A stretch of 64,000 nt of DNA from Candidatus Micrarchaeota archaeon (GCA_041305385.1 JBFYLO010000011.1:8577-72576); one strand, 5' to 3'. Shown: positions 26,751 to 36,362, counted from the first letter of the stretch. Notes: generated by a model from the sequence alone, not told the origin. Translations and numbers: made by a program.

Positions 26751-28007
26751 TCAGCCTTTTTTCCCAGCGAACAGCGAGATAATCGCGGAGATTGCAACCA
26801 GCCCCCCGACCAGCATGAGAGGCGTTGCATAATCCCCCACAGCAAGCCCAACCGTTATGTCGCTTTTAGATACCAGCGCGTAGTCAAGCATCAACGCCAT
26901 TATCTGCGGTCCGACTATCCCCCCGAATCCATAGGCAGTGAACATGAACCCATAGTTTACCCCCATGTTCTTGGTCCCGAACGCATCCGCAGTGGCAGAC
27001 GGGAAGAGGGAGAAGTTCGCTCCGAAGCAAAGCCCTATGAGCGCCATGGAGGCGAAGAGCGACCAGGGCGAGAGATTGCTCGAGAGAAGCACTGTCCAGA
27101 GGAGCAGGGCCTGGAGCCCGAACACAGCGAGCATCGTTTTCTGCCTTCCAACCTTGTCCGAGAGCCAGCCCCCCAAAATCCTGCCGGCCCCGTTGAAAAT
27201 CGCCAGCGCTCCAACTGCCAATGCCGCGAGCGAGGCTGCAGCGGCTTTGTCCATGCCGTGTACGCTGGTGAAGGAGAGCTTCGCGAATGTTGCGAGGTTC
27301 CCGATGACCATGAGGCCAGCGGCAGCGGCGAATGCAAACATCAGCCAAAGCATCCAGAAATTCTTGGTCATGAGCATCTGCCTGGGCCCGCACTCGTTTT
27401 CCGCGCAACTTTTCGCCGATGCCTTCTGCTCAGCCGGGTTCCTGAGCAGGAGCGCGCCAATTGTTATGATGATTGCGATTGCAACCCCAAGGGCGAGGAA
27501 CGTTTGCGTTATTCCCTGCATTTCGATGAGCTTCTGCGCAACCGGGGCGAGGAGAAGCGAGCCGAACCCGAACCCGAAAACAATTATGCCGCTCACCAGG
27601 CCCTTCTTTTTCTCGAACCACTTCACCCCGGCGGCAATGGGCGTTACATAAGCGAGCCCAACACCGGAGCCGCACAATACTCCATAAGTTATGTAAAGAA
27701 TCAACGGCGAGCTTGCGAACAGCGCAGTGGCGATGAACCCGAGCCCAAGCAGAATCCCTCCTGCGAGCGCGACCATCCTCGGGCCCTTTCGGTCCTGAAT
27801 CATCCCGGCGGGAATCATGGATACTGCAAACATCGCGAGCATCACCGAGAAGGCGAGCTGAACCTCGGTTTGCGACCATCCATATTTTTCTACGAGCGGG
27901 CCGGCGAACACGCTCCAGGTATACGTTACCCCGAGCATCAGGTTTATGAGAACCCCGCCTGCAACGACCACCCACCCTGCCCTTTCCTGTTCATCCATAA
28001 TCATCAC
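26751..28007 (-). CDS. MFS transporter, oxalate/formate antiporter (OFA) family
   Basis: 12 TM segments and an OFA-like N-terminus AGWVVVAGGVLINLMLGVTYTWSVF. Confidence 0.8.
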   Translation of the reverse strand: MMIMDEQERAGWVVVAGGVLINLMLGVTYTWSVFAGPLVEKYGWSQTEVQLAFSVMLAMFAVSMIPAGMIQDRKGPRMVALAGGILLGLGFIATALFASSPLILYITYGVLCGSGVGLAYVTPIAAGVKWFEKKKGLVSGIIVFGFGFGSLLLAPVAQKLIEMQGITQTFLALGVAIAIIITIGALLLRNPAEQKASAKSCAENECGPRQMLMTKNFWMLWLMFAFAAAAGLMVIGNLATFAKLSFTSVHGMDKAAAASLAALAVGALAIFNGAGRILGGWLSDKVGRQKTMLAVFGLQALLLWTVLLSSNLSPWSLFASMALIGLCFGANFSLFPSATADAFGTKNMGVNYGFMFTAYGFGGIVGPQIMALMLDYALVSKSDITVGLAVGDYATPLMLVGGLVAISAIISLFAGKKG

Positions 28008-28110
28008 CAGATTGAAATCACGTTTTAGCGGAAAAAGTTAAAAACGTTAACAACTCGCTAGCCGTATTTTTTCAGAAAGGCTTATGAACCCCAGGAGTTC
28101 AGATTAACTC

Positions 28111-29613
28111 ATGGTTCCCTCTAGTTCAAACGGACATGAAAACGGCAAGGAAAAGGAAGAAAAAATTGAGAAGGAGGAGAAGAAAGAAGAGAAGAGGGAC
28201 GAGAAGCCGGAGAAGAAAGAGGAGGAAAAAAAGGAAGAGAAGCGAGAGGAAAAACGGGAAGAGGAGAAGAAGAGTGAGAAGAAGGACGAAAAACAAGAGA
28301 AGAAAGAGGAGAAGAAAAACGGGGAGAAGCCCGAGAAAATCAAATTCTTGTTCGTTTCATTCGAGGGATTGATAGGCGACCTCGCGTGGCAGGTGAAGAG
28401 GGAGGGCCACGAAGTCAAATACTACATACACTCCAAGACCGAAAAGGACGTCGCAGACGGTTTCGTGGACAAGTGTGATGACTGGAAGGCGCTCAAGGAT
28501 TGGGCAGACGTGTTCGTGTTCGATGACGTGGGGTTCGGGAAAATTGCAGATGACTTGAGAAAAGAGGGGAAGGCAGTCGTGGGCGGGAGCGAATACGGGG
28601 ACATGCTCGAGGATGACAGGGAGTTCGGCCAGGACGAGCTCAAGAAGCTTGGCGTCAATGTTCTCCCCCACTGGGACTTCAAGGACTTCGATGCTGCCAT
28701 AGAGTTCGTGCAGAAGAATCCTGGCAGGTATGTGATAAAGCCAAACGGGAAGGCGCAGAACGAGAAGGAGCTCTCCTACATCGGGCAGGAGGAGGACGGC
28801 AACGACATCATCAACGTGCTTGCCCACTACAAGAAGAGCTGGTCCAAGAAGCTCAACGACTTTCAGCTTCAGAAGTTCGCCCAGGGGGTCGAGGTCGCTG
28901 TCGGGGCCTTTTTCAACGGGAAGGATTTCGTTTATCCGATAAACGTGAATTTCGAGTACAAAAAGATGTTCCCAGGAGACATAGGGCCGAACACCGGGGA
29001 GATGGGAACGCTGATGTTCTGGTCCCCACCAACCACGCTGTTCAATGAGACGCTTCTCAAGATGAAGGATGCGCTCGCGCAGGCAGGATACGTTGGCTAC
29101 ATCGACCTCAATTGCATCGCCAATGCGAAGGGAATTTATCCGCTAGAGTTCACCTCGAGGTTCGGCTACCCGACAATCAGCATACAGATGGAAGGGGTGA
29201 CGAGCAACTGGGGGGAGTTCCTGAGGGCTCTTGCCAAAGGCGAGACTACTGAGTTCAGGACCAAGAAGGGATTCCAGGTGGGCGTGGTGATTGCAGTTCC
29301 CCCATTCCCGTTCACAGACCTGTCTTCCTTCAGGAAATATTCCGAGGATGCAACCATCATTTTCAAGAAGCCCATGACTGATGGCGTGCACATCGGGGAT
29401 GTGAAGCTGGTTGAGGATGACTGGCGGCTTGCGGGCCAATCTGGCTATGCAGTGGTAGTGACGGGCTCGGGGCTGACAGTCGACGATTCACAAAAGCAGG
29501 CCTACAAGCGAATTGAGAACATCCTGATTCCGAACATGTTCTACAGGACCGACATCGGGGAGCGCTGGTCCAGGGACAGCGACATGCTGCACACCTGGGG
29601 CTACTTGTACTGA
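28111..29613 (+). CDS. Phosphoribosylamine--glycine ligase (PurD)-like ATP-grasp enzyme with a K/E-rich N-terminal extension
   Basis: PurD signatures: KFLFVSFEGLIGDLAWQ (cf. KVLVIGSGGREHALAWK), GDIGPNTGEMGT (cf. GDKDTGPNTGGMGA), EFTSRFGYPT (cf. EFNCRFGDPE), and the C-terminus AYKRIENI..YRTDIGER. No other pur genes are nearby. The start is uncertain: either the ATG at 28111 or an internal TTG around 28345. Confidence 0.6.
   Translation: MVPSSSNGHENGKEKEEKIEKEEKKEEKRDEKPEKKEEEKKEEKREEKREEEKKSEKKDEKQEKKEEKKNGEKPEKIKFLFVSFEGLIGDLAWQVKREGHEVKYYIHSKTEKDVADGFVDKCDDWKALKDWADVFVFDDVGFGKIADDLRKEGKAVVGGSEYGDMLEDDREFGQDELKKLGVNVLPHWDFKDFDAAIEFVQKNPGRYVIKPNGKAQNEKELSYIGQEEDGNDIINVLAHYKKSWSKKLNDFQLQKFAQGVEVAVGAFFNGKDFVYPINVNFEYKKMFPGDIGPNTGEMGTLMFWSPPTTLFNETLLKMKDALAQAGYVGYIDLNCIANAKGIYPLEFTSRFGYPTISIQMEGVTSNWGEFLRALAKGETTEFRTKKGFQVGVVIAVPPFPFTDLSSFRKYSEDATIIFKKPMTDGVHIGDVKLVEDDWRLAGQSGYAVVVTGSGLTVDDSQKQAYKRIENILIPNMFYRTDIGERWSRDSDMLHTWGYLY
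28136..28343 (+). repeat. Roughly 200-nt strand-asymmetric polypurine (GA-rich) low-complexity tract encoding a K/E-rich peptide
   Basis: More than 90% A/G on the plus strand (gaggagaagaaagaagagaag...). It encodes EKKEEKREEKREEEKKSEKKDEKQEKKEEKK at the 5' end of the purD-like ORF. Confidence 0.6.
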
Positions 29614-29683
29614 TTGCCGCGCGTATTTTCCCCAGCAGCGTATTAGTTGTTAGCTATTTATTCTCCGCAGTCCATACCCTATC

Positions 29684-31297
29684 ATGCCAGAACTAACCGA
29701 CTCGAAGCAAACTCAGAATCCCGACACTATTAAGCTCATTAACCTTCTTGGTAACCTAGATGGACCAACCAGAAATGAAGGATGGTTAACGGATCTCTGC
29801 ATACTCATCAAGACCGGCGAGAATTGGAAAATAGCGGCTGCGAACTTCGAGAAGCTTTCCAAGTACTTGGAAGAAACTCTTTGCCTTGCGGAAACATCCA
29901 ACTTTCGTCCCTCGATTGTAGCTGAAATAGTGGCGTTTCTAGGACTTAAAGGCTGTGCTGAGGCAACGGAATTTGCAGCCGCGGTATCGAACAGCCCTCA
30001 AAATAAGTTTGCTTCGGCGTTTGCCCAGGAACTAGTCAGGAATATCGCAGACGGCGGTTGCAACTACTTCGCTTCAAACTACGCAATCTTCAGGCAAGCC
30101 GTTTTACGCAACATCTCAGATCCCTTCATGCAGATTCTTCTGCACAGCTCATTCAATGTCGCGAAATCTCCGGCTATCCAGGATGATATCAACAAATTCA
30201 TCTATGGGGAACCAGATACACTCAAAAAATCCCACAGTATAATTTCGCACTTCATGATTAACAAGGACAACCCGCTCAAACCAAAGTGGTTCAGAAAAAT
30301 ACTGGCGTTGTATTCCGACAGGGCAACTCTGGGCCTTACTAACGAGGAAGTATGCGGTTTTGACGGAATCAAGAGCACAATCGGGCGTTCTCTTGAAGAC
30401 CCCGAGCTTATGAGAATGGCGTTCGAGAGCGGAAACGCGGAAATTGGAAAAATAGTAGTGGATCGTCTTGACAGCTTCAGGAACAATCCCGCCAAAGAAA
30501 AATCAGAGCAATATGCCCGCTTCATTCAGGAGGCTTATTCGAAAGCTCTTGAAGGCGATTCGTATCATCTTACTCTAGTGTCGTTCATGCAAGAACGACG
30601 CTTCGATGCTCCAGCCAAACTTCTGAAAGAAAATTTCTTTACAAAAATTCTCCCTAACATAAAGAATGATTCAAGTTGGGCATACCCGATTATGGCAAAA
30701 AACTGCATCGCAGAATTCGATTGGGGTTTCTATAAAAAAGTTTTCAGCAAGATGAACGAACTGTACGAGAAAGAGCAATTGGACGAGCTGTCCAAAATAG
30801 TCGGGATATTGACGGCAGAAATAGGGGCATTCCCCGCGCCGGAAGTGGGGTTTCTTAAGAAAATAGAAATAGCCGCCTATCTTCTTTCCAGCGGCGGGAT
30901 TACCAAAAAGCTCTTTGGTTCCATTGGCGCAATCCTGGGGCTTGCCAAAGGGAACATCCCGGTAAGCCGCGTCTTGAACCTAGTGGGCGAGGACGAGAAG
31001 GCACGGACTTTTGCTCTCATGTCGCTTTCCGTTGCTGTCGAATACACCGCGTTCAGTTTTAACCTCAAACCAGAGCAAGGACAAGAAGACGGCGGCTTCG
31101 TTATTGGCGAATTGGATGACGCGGTGGAAAACACATTCAAAAAAATGGGCAAAAAGGAAAAGGGGAAGCTTTTTTCAATGCTTCATGACGAGAAGATGCA
31201 GGCCGACTTGCTGGGGAACCCAAAGACGAAATACGGCGCCCTCTATCTACTGAAGCTGTTCGATTACCTTTCTGAAAAAGAAAATGCCCCTAATTAA
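29684..31297 (+). CDS. Hypothetical alpha-helical protein (537 aa), no recognisable domain
   Basis: Long clean ORF within an AT-rich island (~42% GC versus ~55% in flanks). There are no TM segments, and the sequence is predicted helical-repeat-like. Confidence 0.5.
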   Translation: MPELTDSKQTQNPDTIKLINLLGNLDGPTRNEGWLTDLCILIKTGENWKIAAANFEKLSKYLEETLCLAETSNFRPSIVAEIVAFLGLKGCAEATEFAAAVSNSPQNKFASAFAQELVRNIADGGCNYFASNYAIFRQAVLRNISDPFMQILLHSSFNVAKSPAIQDDINKFIYGEPDTLKKSHSIISHFMINKDNPLKPKWFRKILALYSDRATLGLTNEEVCGFDGIKSTIGRSLEDPELMRMAFESGNAEIGKIVVDRLDSFRNNPAKEKSEQYARFIQEAYSKALEGDSYHLTLVSFMQERRFDAPAKLLKENFFTKILPNIKNDSSWAYPIMAKNCIAEFDWGFYKKVFSKMNELYEKEQLDELSKIVGILTAEIGAFPAPEVGFLKKIEIAAYLLSSGGITKKLFGSIGAILGLAKGNIPVSRVLNLVGEDEKARTFALMSLSVAVEYTAFSFNLKPEQGQEDGGFVIGELDDAVENTFKKMGKKEKGKLFSMLHDEKMQADLLGNPKTKYGALYLLKLFDYLSEKENAPN

Positions 31298-31880
31298 TCC
31301 GCTCTTTTGCGCTGCAGATAGCAGCATAATTCTTCCTGACTCTCCTCAGCACTTCAGCAACTGCCCTCCCGAACCTCCTTGCTTTCCAGAACGAGACATG
31401 CGTCCTCCCATGCATATGGCCGTCAACAGGCAGATTGAGCGAGAAGGCCGGGTACTTCTTCCCGTAAACCGCGGTCTCATCGATGTGCCCAGTCTTGAAA
31501 CTCACTTTCAGCCTGGGTATCCTCCCCAGGACCCTTCTCAGCTCGGCCCTGTTCACATTGTGCGGCCACTCCACGTTTATATCCGATTTTCTGGCCGCAG
31601 TTGTGAGGTCTATGGGGATATAGAGCGCATTTCCCTCTCTCTTCATCACCTTCTTCGCCCCGGCCATTGTGGTCTCCTCCTCACCGGTGAAGTAGAACTT
31701 AATCCTCCTATCCCTGACCCGGGGCATGACCGAGCGAAGCACCTCGGCAACGCAGATGATGTTGTCCAGATTCCCGTAGTAATACCGCCTCTTCTTTCTC
31801 CTAAGCAGCTTGATGCTGGCGGCATTCCAGACGGTGTCGCAGTGAACGCTTACGACGATTTTTCCGTCTTTTTTAGGCAT
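31290..31880 (-). CDS. Small putative zinc hydrolase with M28/M42-like metal-ligand pattern (HxD..D..EE..H), hypothetical
   Basis: VSVHCDTVW, GNLDN, FTGEEETT and DGHMHGRTH. At 196 aa it is much shorter than canonical M20/M28/M42 enzymes. It overlaps the upstream ORF end by 8 bp in a convergent arrangement. Confidence 0.3.
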   Translation of the reverse strand: MPKKDGKIVVSVHCDTVWNAASIKLLRRKKRRYYYGNLDNIICVAEVLRSVMPRVRDRRIKFYFTGEEETTMAGAKKVMKREGNALYIPIDLTTAARKSDINVEWPHNVNRAELRRVLGRIPRLKVSFKTGHIDETAVYGKKYPAFSLNLPVDGHMHGRTHVSFWKARRFGRAVAEVLRRVRKNYAAICSAKERIN

Positions 31881-31932
31881 AAAATCGGGAGAATGATATG
31901 CGGGAATAGCTTAAAATAGGCACTGGGGCCAG

Positions 31933-33048
31933 TCAGCCGAACGTAAATGCATAGATTCGTACATTCTTCCCGCTAATCCGGAGTTCGAGCCTGTGCTGTC
32001 CGTAGGATTCACCCCGAGCGACTCGGTACATCTCATGCCCGGAGACATCGGTCGATCCCGCGCTTTTTCCGTCTATAAATGCCTCGATTTTTCCGCCCCC
32101 GCTACTTCCGGCAACCAGGTTCACGTCCTTTGCAGTGTAGACGAGGATTACTCGCCCACCAGGACTCGAGAGTTCAAGTGAGTCCCCGGCATCAATCCAC
32201 TTTCCTTCTAGATAAGGTTTGTTGGATTCAAAAGCTGCAGGGAGCTTAAAGTCGTGTTCTCCGCCAATTTCCATAATCACGGGCTGGTTCCCGAGAGGCG
32301 CCCGCCTGAAGTTGTAGCCAAAATAAATCTCGGGGGTCTGGATGCCCTGATAGTTGATAGTTTCAGTTCCCTGGGGGGCTGATTTATCAGGGCCAATCTC
32401 GTTTCCGTTCAAATCCTCGAGCAATCCCCTTATCCTGCCCTCAGTTTCTTCATACCCCCCTTCCCCGAAGTGAGTGTAGACAATTTTTCCATTCTTGTCA
32501 ATGAGGTATTTTGCCGGCCAGTAGTGGTTATGGTAGGCACGCCAGGTAGCATAGTCATTGTCAAGGACAACGGGATAATAAAGGCCGTTCTTTTCCGCTG
32601 CCTGTTTCACGTTTTCATAATTTTTCTCGAACTCGAATTCTGGGGTATGAACACCGATTATGAGGAGGCCCTTGTCTGCGTATCTCGTCTGCCATGCGCG
32701 GAGATAAGGGAGTGTCCTTATGCAGTTTACGCAGCTATAAGTCCAGAAGTCAACGAGAATGATTTTCTTTCCAATATTCTCGCCAATTGAAACCTTTTCT
32801 GTATTAACATAACCATGAAGTCCCGAAAGCTCCGGAGCCATCCTCCCAATCTGCGCACTTTCGATACCAAACGCTCCAAGGAGCGCCCTCTGCAAGTCCT
32901 CGCTAGTCACAATAACCACCGCCAAGGCGATCATGAGGAAAAAGCCAATGAACAGCAAATCTGCTTTTTCCAAGAAAATCCCATTGCTTTTCGCTCTTTC
33001 AGAATATAAACCGATAGGTTTTGAAAGCGAACTGGAGAAAAGTGCCAA
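31933..33048 (-). CDS. Membrane-anchored TlpA/ResA-like thiol:disulfide oxidoreductase with a C-terminal DipZ-like extension
   Basis: N-terminal TM, thioredoxin fold with WTYSCVNC (CxxC), and a ~150-aa C-terminal beta-rich domain. Confidence 0.65.
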   Translation of the reverse strand: MALFSSSLSKPIGLYSERAKSNGIFLEKADLLFIGFFLMIALAVVIVTSEDLQRALLGAFGIESAQIGRMAPELSGLHGYVNTEKVSIGENIGKKIILVDFWTYSCVNCIRTLPYLRAWQTRYADKGLLIIGVHTPEFEFEKNYENVKQAAEKNGLYYPVVLDNDYATWRAYHNHYWPAKYLIDKNGKIVYTHFGEGGYEETEGRIRGLLEDLNGNEIGPDKSAPQGTETINYQGIQTPEIYFGYNFRRAPLGNQPVIMEIGGEHDFKLPAAFESNKPYLEGKWIDAGDSLELSSPGGRVILVYTAKDVNLVAGSSGGGKIEAFIDGKSAGSTDVSGHEMYRVARGESYGQHRLELRISGKNVRIYAFTFG

Positions 33049-33097
33049 ATCCTAACCAGTCTCCCCAAAAGTAATTTATACTGCCCATGGGAGGTGT

Positions 33098-33895
33098 ATG
33101 CATATGTCGGGGATTATGCGGTTGCTAAGGCATCGGCACCTGGTGGTGCTCTACTGTTTCGCGCTCTCGATTTTCTCGTTCTTCTTCTTGTCTCCGGACG
33201 GCTCAAACTCAATAGTCGTGTTCATCCTAATCGCACTTCTCCCGTTCATAATCAGGCCGCTCCATGGCCCCCAAGTAAAAATAACCTGCTATCTCCTTTT
33301 GGGAATGCTCGGCTACTGGGCCATGGGAAGCTCGTTTGTTTCGTCCGGCTTCCTCCCAGAGCCCACCTTACCAGCGACAGTGGCGCTTTCAGCATTGGGC
33401 GCAATCCTCGCCCTCGTTACCTACTCAGATGGCAAGCTCTCAGGATATGCATTCGCCGGCGGCTCGCTAGTCCTGTTATTCCTTGCCACCAAGGACATAT
33501 GGTCCATCTCCTCCGCGTTGCTCCTTTTCATATCAACCCAAATAATCGTCTACTTCGTCTACAAGATATCTGGGCCAGAGGACTTTGCGAAGAACCTCAT
33601 GAAAGGCCAGGGATTCTCCGCCCTGTTTCTCTTCTGCGCAGCGCTAGTCCCGGTTCTTGAGGGTGCGTTGCTAGGTGTTTACTCATTCCCAAACCCAGTT
33701 TCCATTGGCGTGTCTTTCGCATACGTTCTCCTGGCGAACATCCTGTTCGTCGGCCTGACGCTCTATGCGTTCGACACCGTGCTCGCAAGGATAAAACTCA
33801 AGCGCTATATCGAAGAGGACAGGGTCCTGTATGGCTCCATTGGGCCGCAGTCAGCCAGGGAGCATCAGCTTCTTCCAAGGAAGGCGAAGAAGTGA
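33098..33895 (+). CDS. Polytopic membrane protein, hypothetical (7-8 TM)
   Basis: Hydrophobic throughout; no motif recognised. Confidence 0.45.
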   Translation: MHMSGIMRLLRHRHLVVLYCFALSIFSFFFLSPDGSNSIVVFILIALLPFIIRPLHGPQVKITCYLLLGMLGYWAMGSSFVSSGFLPEPTLPATVALSALGAILALVTYSDGKLSGYAFAGGSLVLLFLATKDIWSISSALLLFISTQIIVYFVYKISGPEDFAKNLMKGQGFSALFLFCAALVPVLEGALLGVYSFPNPVSIGVSFAYVLLANILFVGLTLYAFDTVLARIKLKRYIEEDRVLYGSIGPQSAREHQLLPRKAKK

Positions 33896-34099
33896 GGGGC
33901 GTGCATAACTGCTGAGGACGTCGGGGGAGCACAGCAGAGCACACGCCTCCATCTTGAGGACAGGCCGCGCGTTGTCCAGACGAACCTATAAATTAGGGAC
34001 TGTTCTAAAGGACGTTGGAGTCGCAGGAACGCGCCTGCTAAAACCAAGAGGGAGATTTAAACGGTTTTAGAGGAGGAGCTTAGGTTCACGCGTTTCGCC

Positions 34100-35176
34100 G
34101 TGGACCGTGCCTCAGTTGCCACATTCTGGGTCGACAAGAGCAGTCGCTTTCTTTACGTGAACGAGCAGACATGCCGAAGCCTCGGATATTCGAGAAAGGA
34201 ACTGCTCTCCATGTCCGTTCCTGATATCGACCCTAATTACCCGAAGAAAAAATGGCAAGCCCACTGGAAGGAAGTCAAAAAAAGAGGCACGTTGACCATA
34301 ACCGCCCAGCACAGGGCCAAAGACGGCAGGCTGTTTCCAGTCGAGATGTCCCTCAATTATCTTGCTTTTGGGGGCAAAGAATACGAAGTTGCCTTCGCCA
34401 AGGATATCACAGGTCAAAAGCAAGCCGAAGAGGACCTCACAGAGAGCCAGGAGCTGTTTCGTTCCACCCTGAACTCGATGGACGATGCGGTCATCATCCT
34501 AGGGAAGACCGGGTTTATTCTCGGCTACCACAAGCCTCCGGGCTGGGAGAACTTTTTGAACATTATCCCCTTCATTGGAAGGAACTATGAAAAGGTGCTC
34601 CCAAATGATTTGGTGATGAGATTGAGGCCTGCAGTCGAAAGGGCATCCAACACGGGGTGCGTGCAGCATTTCGAGCACAACCTTCAGATAGGGAACATGA
34701 TGGGCTGGTTCAGCGTGAAGGTTTCTTCCCGGAGGGACATCTCAGGAAAAATTTCCGGGTTCACGATAGTCTCCCGAAACATCACGGAGCGCAAGCGCTC
34801 TGTCGAGAAGCTCGCAAGAAGCGAGAACAAGTACAAAAGGCTGGTGGAGAACTTGGATGAGGGAGTCTGGTCGATAGACAAGGATGCCTACACGACATTC
34901 GTGAACTCGAGGACGGCGCAGATGCTCGGTTACTCGCAGAACGAGATGGCGGGCGAGCACATGTTCTCATTCATGGACACCAAGGGGGCTGAGCTTTTTA
35001 AGAAGCACCTCCAGAAGCGGAAGAGGGGAATTCGGGAATCCTATGAATTTGAATTGATAAGGAAGGACGGCTCGCGCTTGCAAGCCCATATCAACGCGTC
35101 GCCCCTTTTTGACGACGAAGGCAGTTACATCGGAGCCATAGCCGCCCTGACAGAATTGGGCAAGAGGAAGAAATAG
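34100..35176 (+). CDS. Tandem PAS-domain sensor protein without output domain
   Basis: Two PAS S-box-like regions (FWVDKSSRFLYVNEQTCRSLGYSRKELL... and GVWSIDKDAYTTFVNSRTAQMLGYSQNEM...). Confidence 0.7.
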   Translation: MDRASVATFWVDKSSRFLYVNEQTCRSLGYSRKELLSMSVPDIDPNYPKKKWQAHWKEVKKRGTLTITAQHRAKDGRLFPVEMSLNYLAFGGKEYEVAFAKDITGQKQAEEDLTESQELFRSTLNSMDDAVIILGKTGFILGYHKPPGWENFLNIIPFIGRNYEKVLPNDLVMRLRPAVERASNTGCVQHFEHNLQIGNMMGWFSVKVSSRRDISGKISGFTIVSRNITERKRSVEKLARSENKYKRLVENLDEGVWSIDKDAYTTFVNSRTAQMLGYSQNEMAGEHMFSFMDTKGAELFKKHLQKRKRGIRESYEFELIRKDGSRLQAHINASPLFDDEGSYIGAIAALTELGKRKK

Positions 35177-35213
35177 GCCCAGCGCCTTTTTATACAATGG
35201 GTTTCAACAGTCT

Positions 35214-35534
35214 TTGGGAGGTGGTCATTTGGCCATAGTCAAAGAGTTTTCAGAATTCCTTAAGAAATACCAGGTGATAGGGCTCGCGGTTGCGTTCATA
35301 ATCGGCGCTGCCTCAACAAAGCTCGTGACAGCGCTCGTGAATGACATAATAATGCCAATCGTCGCTGTCGCGGTCCCTGGGGGGGAGTGGAGGACGGCCG
35401 AGCTCATCGCAGGGCCAATAAAGTTCCTCATTGGGGATTTCGCAGGAGCAGTTATCGATTTCCTGATAATTGCAGCAGTCGTCTTCCTCATTGTGAAAAT
35501 GCTAATGAAGGAGGATGCGACCCAGAAGAGGTAG
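35214..35534 (+). CDS. mscL: Large-conductance mechanosensitive channel MscL
   Basis: IVKEFSEFLKKYQVIGLAVAFIIGAASTKLVTALVNDIIMP matches the MscL TM1 consensus. Confidence 0.8.
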   Translation: MGGGHLAIVKEFSEFLKKYQVIGLAVAFIIGAASTKLVTALVNDIIMPIVAVAVPGGEWRTAELIAGPIKFLIGDFAGAVIDFLIIAAVVFLIVKMLMKEDATQKR

Positions 35535-35582
35535 AACGGTAACGTTGATTAAGGACCTCTTCCCTTATTTTTTCGTGATTCT

Positions 35583-36362
35583 ATGGTTTCGAAGAAGAAA
35601 ACCCCGGCTTTGTTCATCGGGCACGGTTCACCGATGAACGCGATTTCGAACAGCGAGTTCACAAGGACCCTTTCGCACCTCGGCCACAGGCTGCCGAAGC
35701 CCAAGGCAATTCTCGTCATCTCCTCCCATTGGCTTACGAAGGGCACGTTTGTAACCTGCAACGAGCATCCGAAAACCATCCACGATTTCCTGAATTTTCC
35801 CGATGAGCTGTACTCACTTCAATACCCTGCCTGCGGCAATCCGAAACTCGCCAAGCAATTGGCCGATTCCTCAAAAGGCTCAATCTTCTGCTCGCCGGAC
35901 TGGGGCCTCGACCACGCAGCCTGGTCTATGCTCAGGCACATCTACCCGAAAGCGGATGTTCCTGTTCTAGAATTGAGCCTCAATGTTGAAAAACCTCCGG
36001 AATACCACTACAAACTTGCAAGCAAGCTCGCTCCTTTTAGAAAAGAAGGAGTCATGATAATCGGCACTGGCAACATGGTCCACAACCTCTGGCACATGCG
36101 GAGGGACTCTCACGCGCCACCTTACAGATGGGCAAAGCACTTCGACGAGGTCTTGAGGGAAAAACTATTAAAATGCAAGCACAAGGACCTCGTAAATTAC
36201 TCTAGATTGGGCGAGGCTTCCACTCTCGCAATACCCAACAAAGACCACTACCTGCCCATGCTCTACATTCTCGGGCTGCAGGAGAAGGGCGAGAAGCTCG
36301 AGTTCGTTTACGAGGGAATCCAGAACGGCTCGGTGTCCATGAGGAGCTTCATGATTTCATGA
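35583..36362 (+). CDS. ygiD: 4,5-DOPA-dioxygenase-extradiol-like (YgiD / LigB-type class III extradiol dioxygenase)
   Basis: PALFIGHGSPMN, SSHW, TIHDF, GNMVHNL and HYLPMLYILG match YgiD throughout. Confidence 0.8.
   Translation: MVSKKKTPALFIGHGSPMNAISNSEFTRTLSHLGHRLPKPKAILVISSHWLTKGTFVTCNEHPKTIHDFLNFPDELYSLQYPACGNPKLAKQLADSSKGSIFCSPDWGLDHAAWSMLRHIYPKADVPVLELSLNVEKPPEYHYKLASKLAPFRKEGVMIIGTGNMVHNLWHMRRDSHAPPYRWAKHFDEVLREKLLKCKHKDLVNYSRLGEASTLAIPNKDHYLPMLYILGLQEKGEKLEFVYEGIQNGSVSMRSFMIS

Noticed and set aside
26640-26760. Possible tRNA in the ccdA-MFS intergenic region
   Set aside because: GGGATTCGCCC and GGGCGAATCCC resemble a T-loop superficially. No acceptor, D-arm or anticodon stem pairing could be built, so it is not called.
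28136-28418. ORFs 28136..28372 (+, KRRR-rich) and 28104..28418 (-, SSFF-rich) over the polypurine tract
   Set aside because: These are alternative-frame and complementary readings of the GA-repeat DNA. Only the frame continuous with the PurD-like domain is plausible.
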